DNA from: Dimorphilus gyrociliatus
Taxonomy: Eukaryota; Animalia; Annelida
Direction of reading: 5' to 3'
DNA: 64,000 nt
Assembly: GCA_904063045.1 (NCBI GenBank)
Contig: CAJFCJ010000006.1
Coordinates: forward strand, 1,775,601 to 1,839,600
The notes under the pieces are model-generated. The model was not told the DNA's origin, made no database searches, and saw nothing but the letters and a program-made list of their open reading frames with translations. The position numbers and the translations under genes are program-made. Positions within the stretch are counted from its first letter, which is position 1. Every line of letters begins with the position of its first letter. This document shows positions 12,059 to 25,275 of this stretch, piece after piece.

Positions 12059-14824
12059 TCACTCCTCTTCAGTAGTCGATAGTAATCCGCTACCATTTGA
12101 CATAATTCGAAAATAATTAGAAATTTCATCAATTGTCTTTCCTTTTGTTTCAGGTAGAACGAAATAAATAACTATCCACAAGCAACCAAGAAATACGATA
12201 AATGGAACAAAACTGTAAACTTTTATCTCATCCTATTAAAGGAAGAAAAGATATTTTTATATGATAAGTATAAAATTAATAAATGAAACTGACTTGAATC
12301 AATGGATAGCATAATCCAACCAGAAAATTTGCAAACCAATTTGTTAGAACTGCAATACTCACTGCCGCTGGCCTTGTATTTTGAGAAAACATTTCAGCAA
12401 CAATAAACCATGGGATAGAACCTTTAAGAAAAATAAATTGATACATTGCTTTTAAATATATTTTAATAATAGATAAATTAATTGATAAACTTAAGTTTAA
12501 TAATCAAAACATTGCTATAAACATAATGCCTGATTAAACTCTATTATTATGAAAGATTCGTAAAATTAATAGAGATTAATGAAATATTTTCTAATTCGTT
12601 ACTATTAATGTTGTTGTATATGAGCTATTTTCATTGCTTATTAATCAATCTTATATGTTATGTTTTTCTCTTTATTTTATATTTTATACCTGGTCCAATT
12701 GCAAAAGAACATACAAATATCACGGTAGCAACGATTGCTATATATGACATGAAATGCCAATGAACCTGTTAAGTTTAATTGAGGAACAATAAATGTATAT
12801 TATTCAATATTTACAGTAGACAATATTAAAATGTATTTATCATTTACCTCCCAAAGGAACGATGTCGTTAGGGCGCAAGCAGCGCAAAACATTCCACCCA
12901 AGCCTAATAAATGCAAATATCTTCTTCCAGCTTTATCTACTAATGAAGCTGAAATGGCAGTTATGATAAAATTTACAACCGAAACTCCAATGCTTGCGAA
13001 TTGTGAAGCCGTTTGAGTAAGATGGGCTGTTTTTCTAAATATTTGTGTAGAATAATAAATGACCTATAAAAGATAGAATAATTTTAGTTTCGATTAAAAA
13101 TTTTTCATTAATAACTTACAGCATTAATGCCGGAAAGTTGTTGAGATAATTGCATAATTATACTTATAAAGATAGGTCTTCTTAACCATTTAGTTGTGAA
13201 AATTCCGCAAATAGACATCTTCAAAAAGAAATTAAATAATTATTTCAATTTAGAAGTCTATCTATTGTTCAGTATTTTTTAATTGAAATAGCTCTTAAGT
13301 GTATATAATTAACTGTATAGATAGAAGAAAATGATCGTATCTATCCGCTTTTTTTCATCTTTTTACTATTAAAGCGTTAGTATAAAAATAATAAGATTTC
13401 AAAGGTATTTGTATCAAAAAAAATATTAATAAGCTAGCTGTTGAAGTCGTACTATCAGATGTTGAAAATAGACAAAAAAATCAGTAACTTTCAACTAATT
13501 ATAATTGTTCGTTAATCCTTGAAAAAAGTTACATATCTTTTATGTTTGTTAATTAATTAGATAAAAACTGTTTTATATCCTCTCTTTACTTACTTTTTCC
13601 GTATTTTCACAGCTTTCTCCTTGAATTTGCATGTCTTGAAGTTCTTCCTCGAAGCTATCTCCACTTCTTAGCCATTGTAGAGCTGAAATTTAAATGGTTG
13701 CGTTTCTCAAATAATTTAATATATTGATTATATATATATACCTCTTATAGCTGCATAACGATCATTCTTATTAATGTAGAGGTACTTAGGACTCTCTGGA
13801 CAAAGAGAGAATGTCAACAATTGTAATATAGCCGCAATAACGGGAAAGCTCAACAATATTGGCCACAGTTTGTCTGTTCCCAAGATAAAGTCCATTCCTA
13901 TTATTTGTGATATTAAAACTCCGAAAACAATAGCTAATTGATTCAGAGTACCAGCTGCTCCTCTCAACTTCAAAGGTGCAACTTCGGATAGGTAAAGTGG
14001 AGCAATTCCTGTGCTAATACCTATAACGAAAGAGATTTAATTTACTCTACTTAGTAAATTAGAAGATAGAAAAAGTATATAATTTAAATTACCGCATTGT
14101 ATTCCAGCAATAAATCTACCAACTATAAGCATCTCATAAGAAAGTGCCAATTTACTAAAACCGAAAAGAATCACCGCCAGAAATGTGAGAATATTGTTTA
14201 ATAGTAAACCCTTTTTTCTACGGAATATATATAACATATATATATATAAAAGTACACGAACATAGTCTAAGAATTAAGAGAAGAAGAAACAATAGAAACC
14301 TTCCTAGTTTATCAGCAAAATAACCGGCATTTACTCCACCTATCATACCTCCAATAGCCCATATCGATACAATTAGAGCCCATAGCAGAGTAATTTTCGA
14401 TTGCGTCATGTGATGGCCAGTTCTATGAAGTTCTGTTTCATTGAGAAATTGTTCGATTTTCTATAAAAAGTAATTTATATGTAAAAATTTATATTAATCT
14501 TCTTAAGAAAGTAAAATTAAAAGAGTATTTATGCTTGTCCTTTACTATATCTTTATTAATTGTAAAACTATAATAAAAGGAAGGAAGGGTGAAAGGAAAT
14601 AGGGTTATTGACCGTTTGTGGTAAATTTACGACTCCTGTATGAACTCCAAAGACAAAGGAACTTCCAATTACGCAAGAAAAAAATGCAAACACCAATCGA
14701 CTATTCAAACGCTGTTGAATATAAATATAATTAAGTTGTAAAGAAATTCATTACTCTTAAACACATCTGTTTGACTAACCTGTTTGTCAGATTCTAATAT
14801 ATAAGTTTCTTCGTCTGTATCCAT
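12059..14824 (-). CDS. Facilitated glucose transporter, SLC2A/GLUT class I-like (MFS sugar porter), multi-exon
   Basis: Sugar-porter motifs DKLGR|[54 protein letters not shown] and [12 protein letters not shown] across spliced exons. ATG at 14824, stop at 12059-12061. Confidence 0.9.
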
Positions 14825-16004
14825 AGTGTTCTTTTTATGATTCTATCACAATGTAGAATGCAATTTTATAAAATAATATAAAGTTTCTAATACAATTTTA
14901 TAGGCTTAAATCAGTAGGTGGATCAATTACTGTGTAATAACATAATTATATAAATAGATAACAATGATAAGTTTTTCTTAAAAATCGATTCTATGTTTGA
15001 AATCTTCAATATACTATATTAAAAAGTAATTTATATATATATATATTGCTATATATTCTTATATACAAGTATATAATAAAAGAAAGTGAATTAATTAGAG
15101 ATATTTATTGAATTAAACCAGTTTAATACCAGGAAAAAAAATTTTATAATAGATGTTTGAAAGATTATTGAAACACTTACCTATTATTAATTAAATATTA
15201 ATCATAATTCATATATCTTCTTTTGTTTTCTTTCTATAGTGACCTAACAGCTTAGAAAGAGTATTCTTTTCCAAATACTACTAGTTAAAAAAATAAATTG
15301 TTTATTAAAAACAAAGATTGCTAAACTAGAGTTTTAGAAGGAAGTTGAATACTGACAGTGGCGCTCTCGACAGGCAATAAATAAAATTGTTTAACAGTGC
15401 ACTTTGGTTTAAAAACATCAATATGCACAAAGTGAAAAAGATCTATTAAAAAACTAGAGAGCAAATAATAGGAGCTTATTATTTAATGAAGATAAAATGG
15501 TGTTAAATATTTAATACAAAAACACTATCAAAATTCATTGAAAGAAGAAGATGGAATTATTTTGGAAGATAATTAGATAATCCATCTAAAGCTATATAAA
15601 TAGTTGATATTCTGCAAATCAAAACTAAAGCGTCCAAATATTTCATTTTGTTTTTTTTTTAATGTTAGAAACTCTAGAAATTAATTTCTTTTTATCAGCT
15701 TTCTCCCAGCCACTAATTGTATAGATTTACTATAAATAATATACACATTGTTTCGTATAAAGATTTTTCCAGATGAATATTCATGAGAAACGTTATTATA
15801 TAGTACAATAAAAAATAATTAGTAAAGGAAATTGCAAAGTAAATGTGAACCAAATTAACAGCAAAATGAGGGTTCTATTCTTCAATACAAACCTTTTTCT
15901 TTTATGTATCTTTTCCATTGGGTATATATATAAATGTGAAGATAATTTCTTAACTTTTTACTCTGATGATAGTTTATTTGTTGGGAAAAAAAAGTTACAA
16001 TTTG

Positions 16005-16018
16005 ATATGACGTCATAT
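16005..16018. promoter_or_regulatory. Perfect 14-bp palindrome ATATGACGTCATAT containing a full CRE (TGACGTCA)
   Basis: Read directly, about 55 nt upstream of the GNPTG ATG. Function is inferred from the CREB/ATF consensus only. Confidence 0.45.
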
Positions 16019-16072
16019 AGGATTTACTGTGATTGAAAGCTGTTATATTTACATGAAATTTTTACTGCAAAG

Positions 16073-17414
16073 ATGACTGTTAATTCTATATTTTGCCTTA
16101 TCTGTATGACCCTACCTTTTTTCATTGGTAAATTCAATTATTGTTCTCTTTAATAAATAGATTTTTAAATAATATTAATAAATATATTGATACTTTACAT
16201 ATGTCAATAATTATTTAATTGTATTATCGCTCTATTGCAGTTACTGTTTTATCTAAAAAAACTCCAATTAGAGTTGTTGAAGAACCAACTTCTTTTGGGT
16301 TAGTTGAGAAATAAAATAATTAGAATTATGAAATAGTATTTCTTTTGCTAAATTTCACGAAATTAGGAACTCATTCCAAAGTAATTTCCACAATCCTAAT
16401 GAACTTCATAAAAGAGTAGATGCAGCTAATTTCATTGGTCCTGAGCACTTAAAACATATATATGGAAGATGTTTTACATTAATTGATAATGCGTAAGATA
16501 TTAAAGAATTGGTATAATTTTTCATAGTTCATAATTGTGTTCTTTTTTTTAACAGTTATAAATACTCATTTTGTCCTTTTGACAATGTCACTCAACATGA
16601 GCAAAATTTTAGATGGAATCCATATAATGGCATACTAGGGTAAATACATTCGTTTATAATATAGTTGGTCTGACATTACAAACTTCTATTATAACTTCAA
16701 TAGAGTTTGGTCATATTGGGAAACGAAAGATGGTTACTTCCAATCAATGATTTTTAAAAATGGTGACGATTGTAATAATCTAGAAAAGGGGGCTATAACA
16801 AGATCTGTTAAAGTAAATTCTTATCATTCGCTTCTAAGTTTATTTACTGTCGTCCTATTGGCATTTTATAGGTTCATCTCTTGTGCGGTACTGACAATAA
16901 CGTAACAAAAGTTTGGGAACCGACAACTTGTAATTATGAACTTAATTTTTCTACACCATTAGTTTGTCACAAAGATTCATTGCTTATCTATCCAATGTTG
17001 AATCAATCATTAAGAAAAGAAATTGATGAAATAGAAAATGACCTCGAGAGTGAAATCCTGTCAAAAGAAGTAATCAATTTGTTCTTATTTCTCTAATGGT
17101 AGAATTCTTCACACTTATTGAAATATCATAGGGCTACAAGGCACGTGTAAAAAAGGTTTACATTGAGGCTGGTATCATCAAAGAACAAGGTAATTTTATA
17201 AAAGAGGTAACGACAAAATCAAACACTCTAAACGAATCCTTAGACAAAGAAAGGCATTGTGGAAAGGTAAAGAAAAAAAAAGACAAACTATTTATAGTCA
17301 TAATGTTTAATATGTTTTCAGGAAGAGATTGAAGAATTACGCAAACTAAGACGAAAGGTCAAAAACTACGAACAAATTCTTAGAGAGAATAATATAACCT
17401 TTAATAACACATAA
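16073..17414 (+). CDS. GNPTG: N-acetylglucosamine-1-phosphotransferase gamma subunit (MRH domain), multi-exon
   Basis: Signal peptide exon 16073-16127, then [62 protein letters not shown] and a helical C-terminus. This matches the GNPTG family pattern. Confidence 0.88.
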
Positions 17415-17548
17415 TACAAGTTAATTTCTTATCAAAGAGTTATTATTATATTTTTTGTAGATGAATTTATAAAATGAAGTGCTTCTTAATAAAAGAACGG
17501 AATAAAATGTACATAGAAATATATATTTATATACAAGTATATAATGAG

Positions 17549-18721
17549 TTAAGGTAATGGATCAGTGAGTTCCAACCTCTCAAATTTTCCATTATCATAG
17601 AAATTCGCTTTAACTACTCGACCACCAAAAAATCGTCCATGTAAATCAATTATAGCTTTTGTAGCGCTCTCAACTCTTTCAAATTCGACAAATATTCTCA
17701 CAGCATTTTCTTCAATTTCATCAGGTAATTCAAATATAACACAGCGAACAACTGGACCATACTTTTGACACTCTCCTTTAGTCTCAGGTTCTAATTCGTC
17801 ATCAACTTCTCCTGGTCCAACCATATTTCGAAGAACAACTACCTTTGATGGATTTTTCAATAATTCCCCTATATTTTCTATTGGAGGTTTATCCAAAGGT
17901 TGCGTAGCTGCAAATCCTAACCCTAGAACAGAAGGATATCCTTCAGGAAATTCAGGCGGAGATGGCGGTAGATCTTTTTCATGAATAATTCTTCCACCTT
18001 TACGAGAAGTTTTTTCGACTTCTAGAGCTCTTGACATTCCTTGCTCCAATTTTCCTAGACCTTGCCCGGCATTCCATCCCATTTTATTCATAATTTTTTC
18101 AGCTATAAGCTTTGAATCTTTGGTAGGAGGAGCCGGCAAACTTTCAGAAAGTACTTGCTTATCCTGCTCGATGAGGTTTTGAGGTGGAGCTATAAATGAT
18201 TTTTTTGCTAATCTTCTCTTTCGTTCTTCTTCTTCCTCTTCATCACACTCGGGCATTTTTTTTTCCTCCTCTACTTTCCCTTTTGTTTTAAGTTTTTTAA
18301 ACGAATCATATTCGTTCGGTTGAAGGGGATTATATTCATCAGTTAATGACCCAAGCAGTGAGCTTGGTGTTAGCTCAGTTCCAAGAAAAGGTGGTCTAAC
18401 TGATTCAATCATTCCTGTATGCTGATTATAACGAACATTTCCTTTTTCTTGCTCTAAAACGAATTAAATTACTAGAATGTTTTGATTTAAGAGTTTTTTT
18501 AGCTACCTTTGGGAAATCCTGTTATTGGCGTTCGCCTCGTAGTTGGGGTCTTCGTTGAAGCCGCTGCTTTTCTGGCTGCTAATTGAGACTGGAGCATATG
18601 CAAACTATTTCCAGAGCCTAATTTATCAAATATGCAAATTTAAATGGGTACCATTGTTGAGAAGATCAATAATCAAACCTTTATCTACGCCTTGAAGCTC
18701 AATATCATCATATAACGACAT
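17549..18721 (-). CDS. RBM17: Splicing factor 45 (G-patch + UHM)
   Basis: N-terminus MSLYDDI, G-patch (KIMNKMGWNAGQGLGKLEQG) and C-terminal UHM with NMVGPGEVDDELE...GRFFGGR. Confidence 0.95.
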
Positions 18722-19071
18722 GTTGAAGACGCCGTATACTTTACTCTACAATATCGCTCAAGTCTTTTTAACGTCAGCAGATCCTTGAAAGTCGATTATA
18801 GAAGAAAATATTCAATCATATAAAATGTGTAAATATCCTTATAAAAAGTATTCTCTAATTAAGTATTTTAAAGCGAATGAATCGGTTGTCTGAAGAGTGA
18901 AAAAGTAAGATACTGTTTAGTAAATCGTAAAATATCTCATTGTAAACTATAATTTGATTGACACAGGAAGTGGAAACCTATCGCGCATGCGTAGCTGGTA
19001 CATCGACGTGTGAGAATCTACTGTGGCGGTGTTTCTTATATAACTGCAACTTTGTCGTCTAATTAAAGAAT
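18722..19071. promoter_or_regulatory. Bidirectional promoter between RBM17 and COPG
   Basis: The two head-to-head ATGs are only about 350 bp apart. The gap holds an ETS-like ACAGGAAGTG (18963-18972) and an NRF1-like CGCGCATGCG (18982-18991). Confidence 0.7.
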
Positions 19072-22000
19072 ATGCACGGTTTCAGAAGAGATAAAAAAGA
19101 AGAGGAAGATGGTAATTTATACTTAATCTAAACATAGAATCGTGTTCTTCTATATTCAAGGGTTTTAAATAATGATTCTCTATTCATCTATACAGGCAAA
19201 AAGAAAAGTCTGTTTAGTTTAATTTTTAAAGCACGTAGTGTTATCTCTCTATATAGTGTGTCTTAGCTCTGTTTTAGGTTGTATTTTATAAGGTGGTTTG
19301 TGTCATGATCAGTAGATAAATTCTTTACCAGCTTTCTTCTCCACCCTATATCGATAATTGTATACACAGTATTTATTAAATTGACACATGGGCATCTACA
19401 CATGTATATGAGGGGAAGTGTTAAGAAAGTATCAGAATAGTTTTTATCAATGTATTCGTCTTTGGCTTTTATTGTTGATATTTTCTAAACAGTATTCATA
19501 TGCATGATTATTTTGACTGTTGTTAAATGAGAGAATAGTATTTAATTGCCTTTTTTTTAAGGATCTGGGAGTCATTCCCTTCTTCATTTGGACAAGAGTA
19601 GTGTTCTGCAAGAAGCTAGAGCAACTTTTAATGGAACACCGGTTGTTGCTAGAAAATGTAGTCACGTTTTGACAAAAATTCTGATGGTTTTAAATCAAGG
19701 GGAAGCTATAGGTTAGTTATAAAATTATTATTTAAATGGGTGTAAACATATAAACGATTTTAGGAAAGGAGGAGGCAACAGAAACGTTTTTTGCTATTAC
19801 CAAATTATTTCAATCTCGTGATCAAGCGGTTCGAAGATTAGTTTATGTTTGTATTAAGGATATGGCATCTATTTCCAATGATGTGATTATTGTAACATCA
19901 TCTCTGACAAAAGATATGACTGGTAAAGAAGATGAATGGAGAGCTCCAGCAATCAGAGCTCTTTGTCGGATCACAGATGCTCAAATGCTGCAAAGTATTG
20001 AAAGATTAATGAAACAAGCTATGGTTGACAAAACCCCTCAAGTCGCTTCGGCTGCTTTAACATCTAGTGTTCACGTAGCAAGAACTAATCCTGAGGTTGT
20101 TAGACGTTGGTTAAATGAAGCTACTGAGGCAGCTTCAAGTAGCGGAGAAGGACTCGTGCAATATCATGCGATTGGTCTTCTCTATACTGCCAGGAAACAT
20201 GATAAACTCGCTGTTAGGAAACTGGTATCTAAGCATGCTCGTATCGCCAATAGATCATCGTTGGCTTGCTGCTTACTTATTAGGATAGCAGCTAAAGCTC
20301 TTGAAGAAGATGATTCCGTTCCAAATTCTGGAGAGATGATGGATTTTATCGAGGGTTGTTTGAGACACAAGTCGGAAATGGTTATATACGAGGCAGCTCG
20401 CTCTTTAGTAGGATTAAACGCTACAAATCCCAAGGAGCTTGCTCCGGCAGTTAGTGTACTCCAGTTGTTTTGCTCCTCACCGAAACCAACTCTGCGATTG
20501 GCTGCTGTCCGAACACTTAGCGCTGCAGCAGCTATTCAACCTGCTGCTGTTAGTGCCTGTAATCTTGACTTGGAGAATTTAATGAGCGATGGTAATAGAA
20601 GCGTCGCAACGTTGGCCATGTCAACTTTACTAAAGACTGGTGGGGAGTCCTCAGTTGAACGACTCGTCAAACAAATATCAAGCTTTATGGCTGATATTGG
20701 TGATGAACTAAAAGTAGAAGTTGTAAGAGCTGTAAGATCACTGTGCGAAAAGTTTCCAAGAAAGGCGTCAACCTTGAGTGCTACATTAGCTCAGATGTTA
20801 AGAGACGAAGGCGGCGTTGAATACAAATCAGCCTTGGTAGATGCTCTAATTGCTGTCCTCCATGATGATAATGATGCAAGAAATGCAGCATTGTCGCATT
20901 TATGCGAATTTATCGAAGATTGTGAACACACTAGTTTAGCTACCAGAGTTCTGCATGTACTGGGCCGTGAAGGTCCAAAGACAGCGCGTCCGGCTGCTTT
21001 CATTCGATACATCTACAATCGAGTTATTTTGGAAGCTGCAGCAGTTCGAGCTGCTGCTGTTACAGCTTTAGCACAATTTGGTGCTCACTGTCCACAATTG
21101 CTTCCGTCTATTTTGGTTTTGTTGAGAAGATGTGCTTTAGATCAGGATGACGAAGTTAGGGATCGCGCCACACTTTACATCGCAATTTTTCAAAGTGAGG
21201 ACCAGAGCCTAATTTCTTCTTTTATTTCTGGCGAAATGCATTATTCTGTCACGGCTTTGGAAAAATCTTTAAAGAATTATCTGAAGACATCCTGTTCTGA
21301 AGAATTTGACATGAAGACTGTACCAATTGCAACTCCACTAGAACAAGGTATCACTTCTGGGAGCGCTCCAGGATCAGCACCTATTGAACCGGTTGTTGCT
21401 AGGGCTAAAGCGACAGTTAAGGAAGATCCACTTGAGAAGGTTCCTCAATTAGCCAAATACAGTCCTGTATTCAAGTCTTCAGGACCATTAGCTTTGACGG
21501 AAGCACTAACAGAATACACCGTTTCGTGCGTCAAGCATGTTACAGGATCTCATGTTGTGCTTCAATTTACTTGCGAGAATACGCTTACTGATCAATTACT
21601 AGAGGACGTTTGGGTTCAAGTTGAAGGTGACTTGGAAATAGTTGAAATAGTAAATATCGACGAATTGAAATGCGGAGTTCAGCAATCATGCTATACAGTT
21701 GTTGAACTACCTGACGTTGATAATTTAAGTTCAACTTTCACACTCGCTTGTACTTTGAAGTTCAAAGTAAGAGATTGCGATCCTACAACAGGCGAAGTTG
21801 ACGACGGTTCATACGACGACGATTATGTTTTAGAAGATATAGAAATAACTGTTGCCGATCACATTCAGAAAGTTTTGAAAGCCGACTGGGCAGCCGCGTG
21901 GGAAGAATTAGGTCCTCAAAACGAACTAGAAGATACTTTTGCTTTGAGTGCCATGAATACACTTCAGGAAGCCGTTAAACAAATTCATTCTTTCCTGGGC

Positions 22001-22256
22001 ATGCAAGCTTGCGAACGATCCGACAATGTACCCGAGGGTAAATATCAAGCTTTTAACTTATATTGCTTAGTTTCATATATTTTTTCTCTTTTTAGGTCGA
22101 AGCGCCCATACCCTACTTTTAGCTGGTGTTTTCCGAGGTGGACATGCCGTTCTTGTACGCTCTCGTTTGGCCTTGTCAAATGGTGTAACCATGAACCTTT
22201 CTGTTCGTTCTACTGATCCTCGAGTATCTAATCTAATAACACAGTCAGTTGGTTAA
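19072..22256 (+). CDS. COPG: Coatomer subunit gamma
   Basis: Exons are about 19072-19111, 19562-19712, 19764-22038 and 22097-22256. Motifs [28 protein letters not shown] and [11 protein letters not shown]; C-terminus ...LITQSVG*. Confidence 0.96.
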
Positions 22257-22707
22257 TAAGAAGCATATAGGAACATATTTTTTTCTGTCTGTTTATAATA
22301 TATTATCACTATTTTTTGAGCGATTTGGCTCCCTTCTTAATTTAAAATAAAAAGGAATACAGAAATACAAATTTAGACATTTTTTCTTCAAATGTATTCT
22401 CTTGTTCATGATTACAAAAGACGTACAGAATTCCTTATTTTCCACCTTATCTACCGTAATGATAGCTTTCGAATAAATAGATTATTTAATAAGAGCAGTA
22501 ATCGATAACGAAACTAATTACCCAATGGTATTTACACTTTCAAATTGTTTATGTTGTTTACACATTAAGTGTTTACAACCAGTTTTACTCAATTTTAACT
22601 GGTAGAGCTCTACATGTTCCCTCATTCTAAGTAATCAGTTCGTCTTAAGTATACAAACGGCTCCGGACCTTGAATAAAAACCGAAAGATTGTAAATTTTT
22701 TTTAATA

Positions 22708-24418
22708 ATGGATAATAGAAAAGGAGAAGAATCGTTTTTTCTTAAGGAAAGTATTCTGGAAAAGGACGAAGTTGTTTTGGGAATTGACGTAGGTAATGAA
22801 TAGATGAATATAGTTGATGTTTTCATTCTCTGACAGCTGTTTTTAATAATGTTTAAAAAAAAAAGAAAAAAAAAACCATAGGTGTACAGCCATACTGTAT
22901 GGATTATACAGTTGTTGTTTGTTTATGACAACATACTGATTTGTTTTCATCATTGCATCTAAACGGCTAAACAATAATGCATTTATTTAATATTCAGGGA
23001 CTACTTTGATCAAAGTATGCGTCGCACGCTATAAGGTAAAATTTAATTGCAGTGAATGCGTACCTCTCTTTCGGTATACATGTACTCTTTAAGAATAAAT
23101 ATTTGTCCATATTGTTTTCACCTTAGACGTTATCTTTCGAAATTTTTAACAAACAAGAAGTGGATAAACTAGGAGGATTTTTAAAGGATTTAAAAGATGA
23201 TGTAACCCATTGTTCAGGGTGTGGTATATCAATAAGAAGTTTTCAGAGTTTCTTTGAACAGGCTCTTGAAATTAAGTAAGAAACAAAATTATCTGATTAT
23301 TTACAATCATAGTTTGAATATTTATAAATGGAATTTATTCGCAAAACGTTTATTCTTAACTTGAGGATGAAAATCGACGATAGCGAACTGACTACAATGG
23401 CCCGTGGACTACGATTTCTCGCTTCTGATATAGATAAACCATACTTCGTTTCGAATGGTAAAAGGTTAACGCAAGTACCCACTAAAGATATTCTTATTGC
23501 GTCGTTCGGTTCGACTGGTCAGTTTCTGAAAGTGGGGGAAAATATTAACGATATTCATATGGTTGCGGCTAATGGTGAAGGTGGAAGTAGCTTTCTTGGA
23601 CTCTCCAGAATAATCACAAGGAAAAATAGCGTACGATTGTTGTAGAATTAGATCTTTATTCATTTAATATCAAAGCTCTTCTTTTTGAACAGTTAACAAA
23701 TTCGGAAGCCATTTTATTGGCCAGTGCAGGAGACGCATGGAAAATTGACTTAAAAATAGCTGAATTAAAGAAGCACTCTGATCAATTGAGAGAGCAAATT
23801 TCGGAAGAGAATTCTAAGAATAATGCTAGCAATTACGGACTCTACCCAGGGGATATGCTATCATCAAAATTTGGAAGAGTATCCCAAAACTTGGTAGATG
23901 TTAAAGGTTTCTTAATTTTTTTTATTTTTAGAAACAATTTACCATAAAAAATAAAACTAAACTATAAATAAATTGGAAATGGTAAAAATAGATGCAAAGA
24001 TTGAGGATGTGTCGGCGGCGGTACTTCATTCAATAGTTTCAAACGAAACGAGGACAATGTACCTGGCAGCTAAAATGGAAAAAATAGAAAACGTATTCAT
24101 CTGTGGTAATTTTATGTCATATTCATTGGTCAAAGATATCTGTCGTAAGACGGTCGAACAGTGCGAGCACTTTCTTAAGGTTAAGACTCATTTTTCCTCT
24201 TAATTCTTCCTCTCTCTCTCTCTCTTTCCCTCTTTGTCTATCTATCTATCTATCTATCTATCTCTCTCTCTATCTCTTTCTTTCTATGTCTTCCTGTATT
24301 TTTCAAATTTTATTGTTTTATATAGCACAAGTTGAGGATGATCTTTGTGGAGCCAATTGGCCATCTGACGGCTATTGGAGCATTGGCAATAGCTTTCGAA
24401 AAGATAAAAATATCTTAA
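22708..24418 (+). CDS. Divergent type II pantothenate kinase-like (Fumble/ASKHA fold) protein, multi-exon
   Basis: Spliced translation gives GIDVGTTLIKV, DDSELTTMARGLRFL, FGSTG, GEGGSSFLGLSRII, LLASAGD, EDVSAAVLHSI, VFICGNF and GHLTAIGAL, collinear with the PANK1-3 core motifs. Confidence 0.75.
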
Positions 24419-25275
24419 AATGTATTTATTTTGCTATTTTCCCCCGCTGAAAACGTATGAAAAAGAGGATATTTCACTTCACAAGGGTTTTTTTTCCCAA
24501 TTTTATTGCAGGATGTGAAATTTTTTAGTCTATTTTTTTTCAGTTTTAGCATTAAAATCTCTTTTTTATAGTAGAATTTTGAAACAAATAAGTAAAAAAA
24601 ATTTTATTTGTGTTTGTGTGTATGTTATTTTCTAAAATCTTACTAGATCATCTATAAATAACAATTAACAAAAAACATATAGTAGTTAATCATAAAAGAA
24701 ATATAGTATATAGCCCCACCTATCGGTTGATACTGCAATAAATAAGACCCAAATTGTGAATTTTGTAATAACTAAGAGCGTTATATTACCAAAAATGAAT
24801 TGAGAAGTGAATAAATGAAGTATAATAGAGAATCATAGTTATCTTATCAATATAATTCAAGATAGTGATTACATATTAACACATATATATATATACAGTA
24901 TATACAGTTTAGTGTATATATCTTTTTGTATTATAGAGCATATTAAAACTGATATCTATATGTGTACATGTGTTTTTATATAAACATATACAGTATATGT
25001 ACAGTATATGCTTTTCATAAAAGTATATATATATACTAATATATTTAATATATCTCGTTGCATCCATTCAAAATTCAATACAAGCCTATCAAAGGTGATA
25101 ATACAGGAGAAGCTTCTCAAATGAGGAAAAACACTTCAAATTATGAAATATAGTACGTTAATTATTACTTAATTAATTACATTGATTTACAAGTATTTGT
25201 TTAATTTGATATTGTTTGTCATGATAAAAAAAAATAGAAGGAATTTTTTCGGCTGTTGCCTTTGGACTGACAACG

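Noticed and set aside
18833-18840. ATATCCTT, a U12-type 5' splice site consensus
   Set aside because: It lies in the RBM17/COPG promoter gap. No gene model needs a minor intron and I saw no matching U12 branch or acceptor.
19299-19388. C/D-box snoRNA-like arrangement in COPG intron 1 (TGTG stem, ATGATCA, TTGA, CACA)
   Set aside because: Both boxes deviate from consensus without compensation, and there are no internal C'/D' boxes or recognisable guide.
20182-21012. Antisense ORFs (83 aa, 73 aa) inside COPG
   Set aside because: These are shadow ORFs of a long GC-richer exon with no recognisable motifs.
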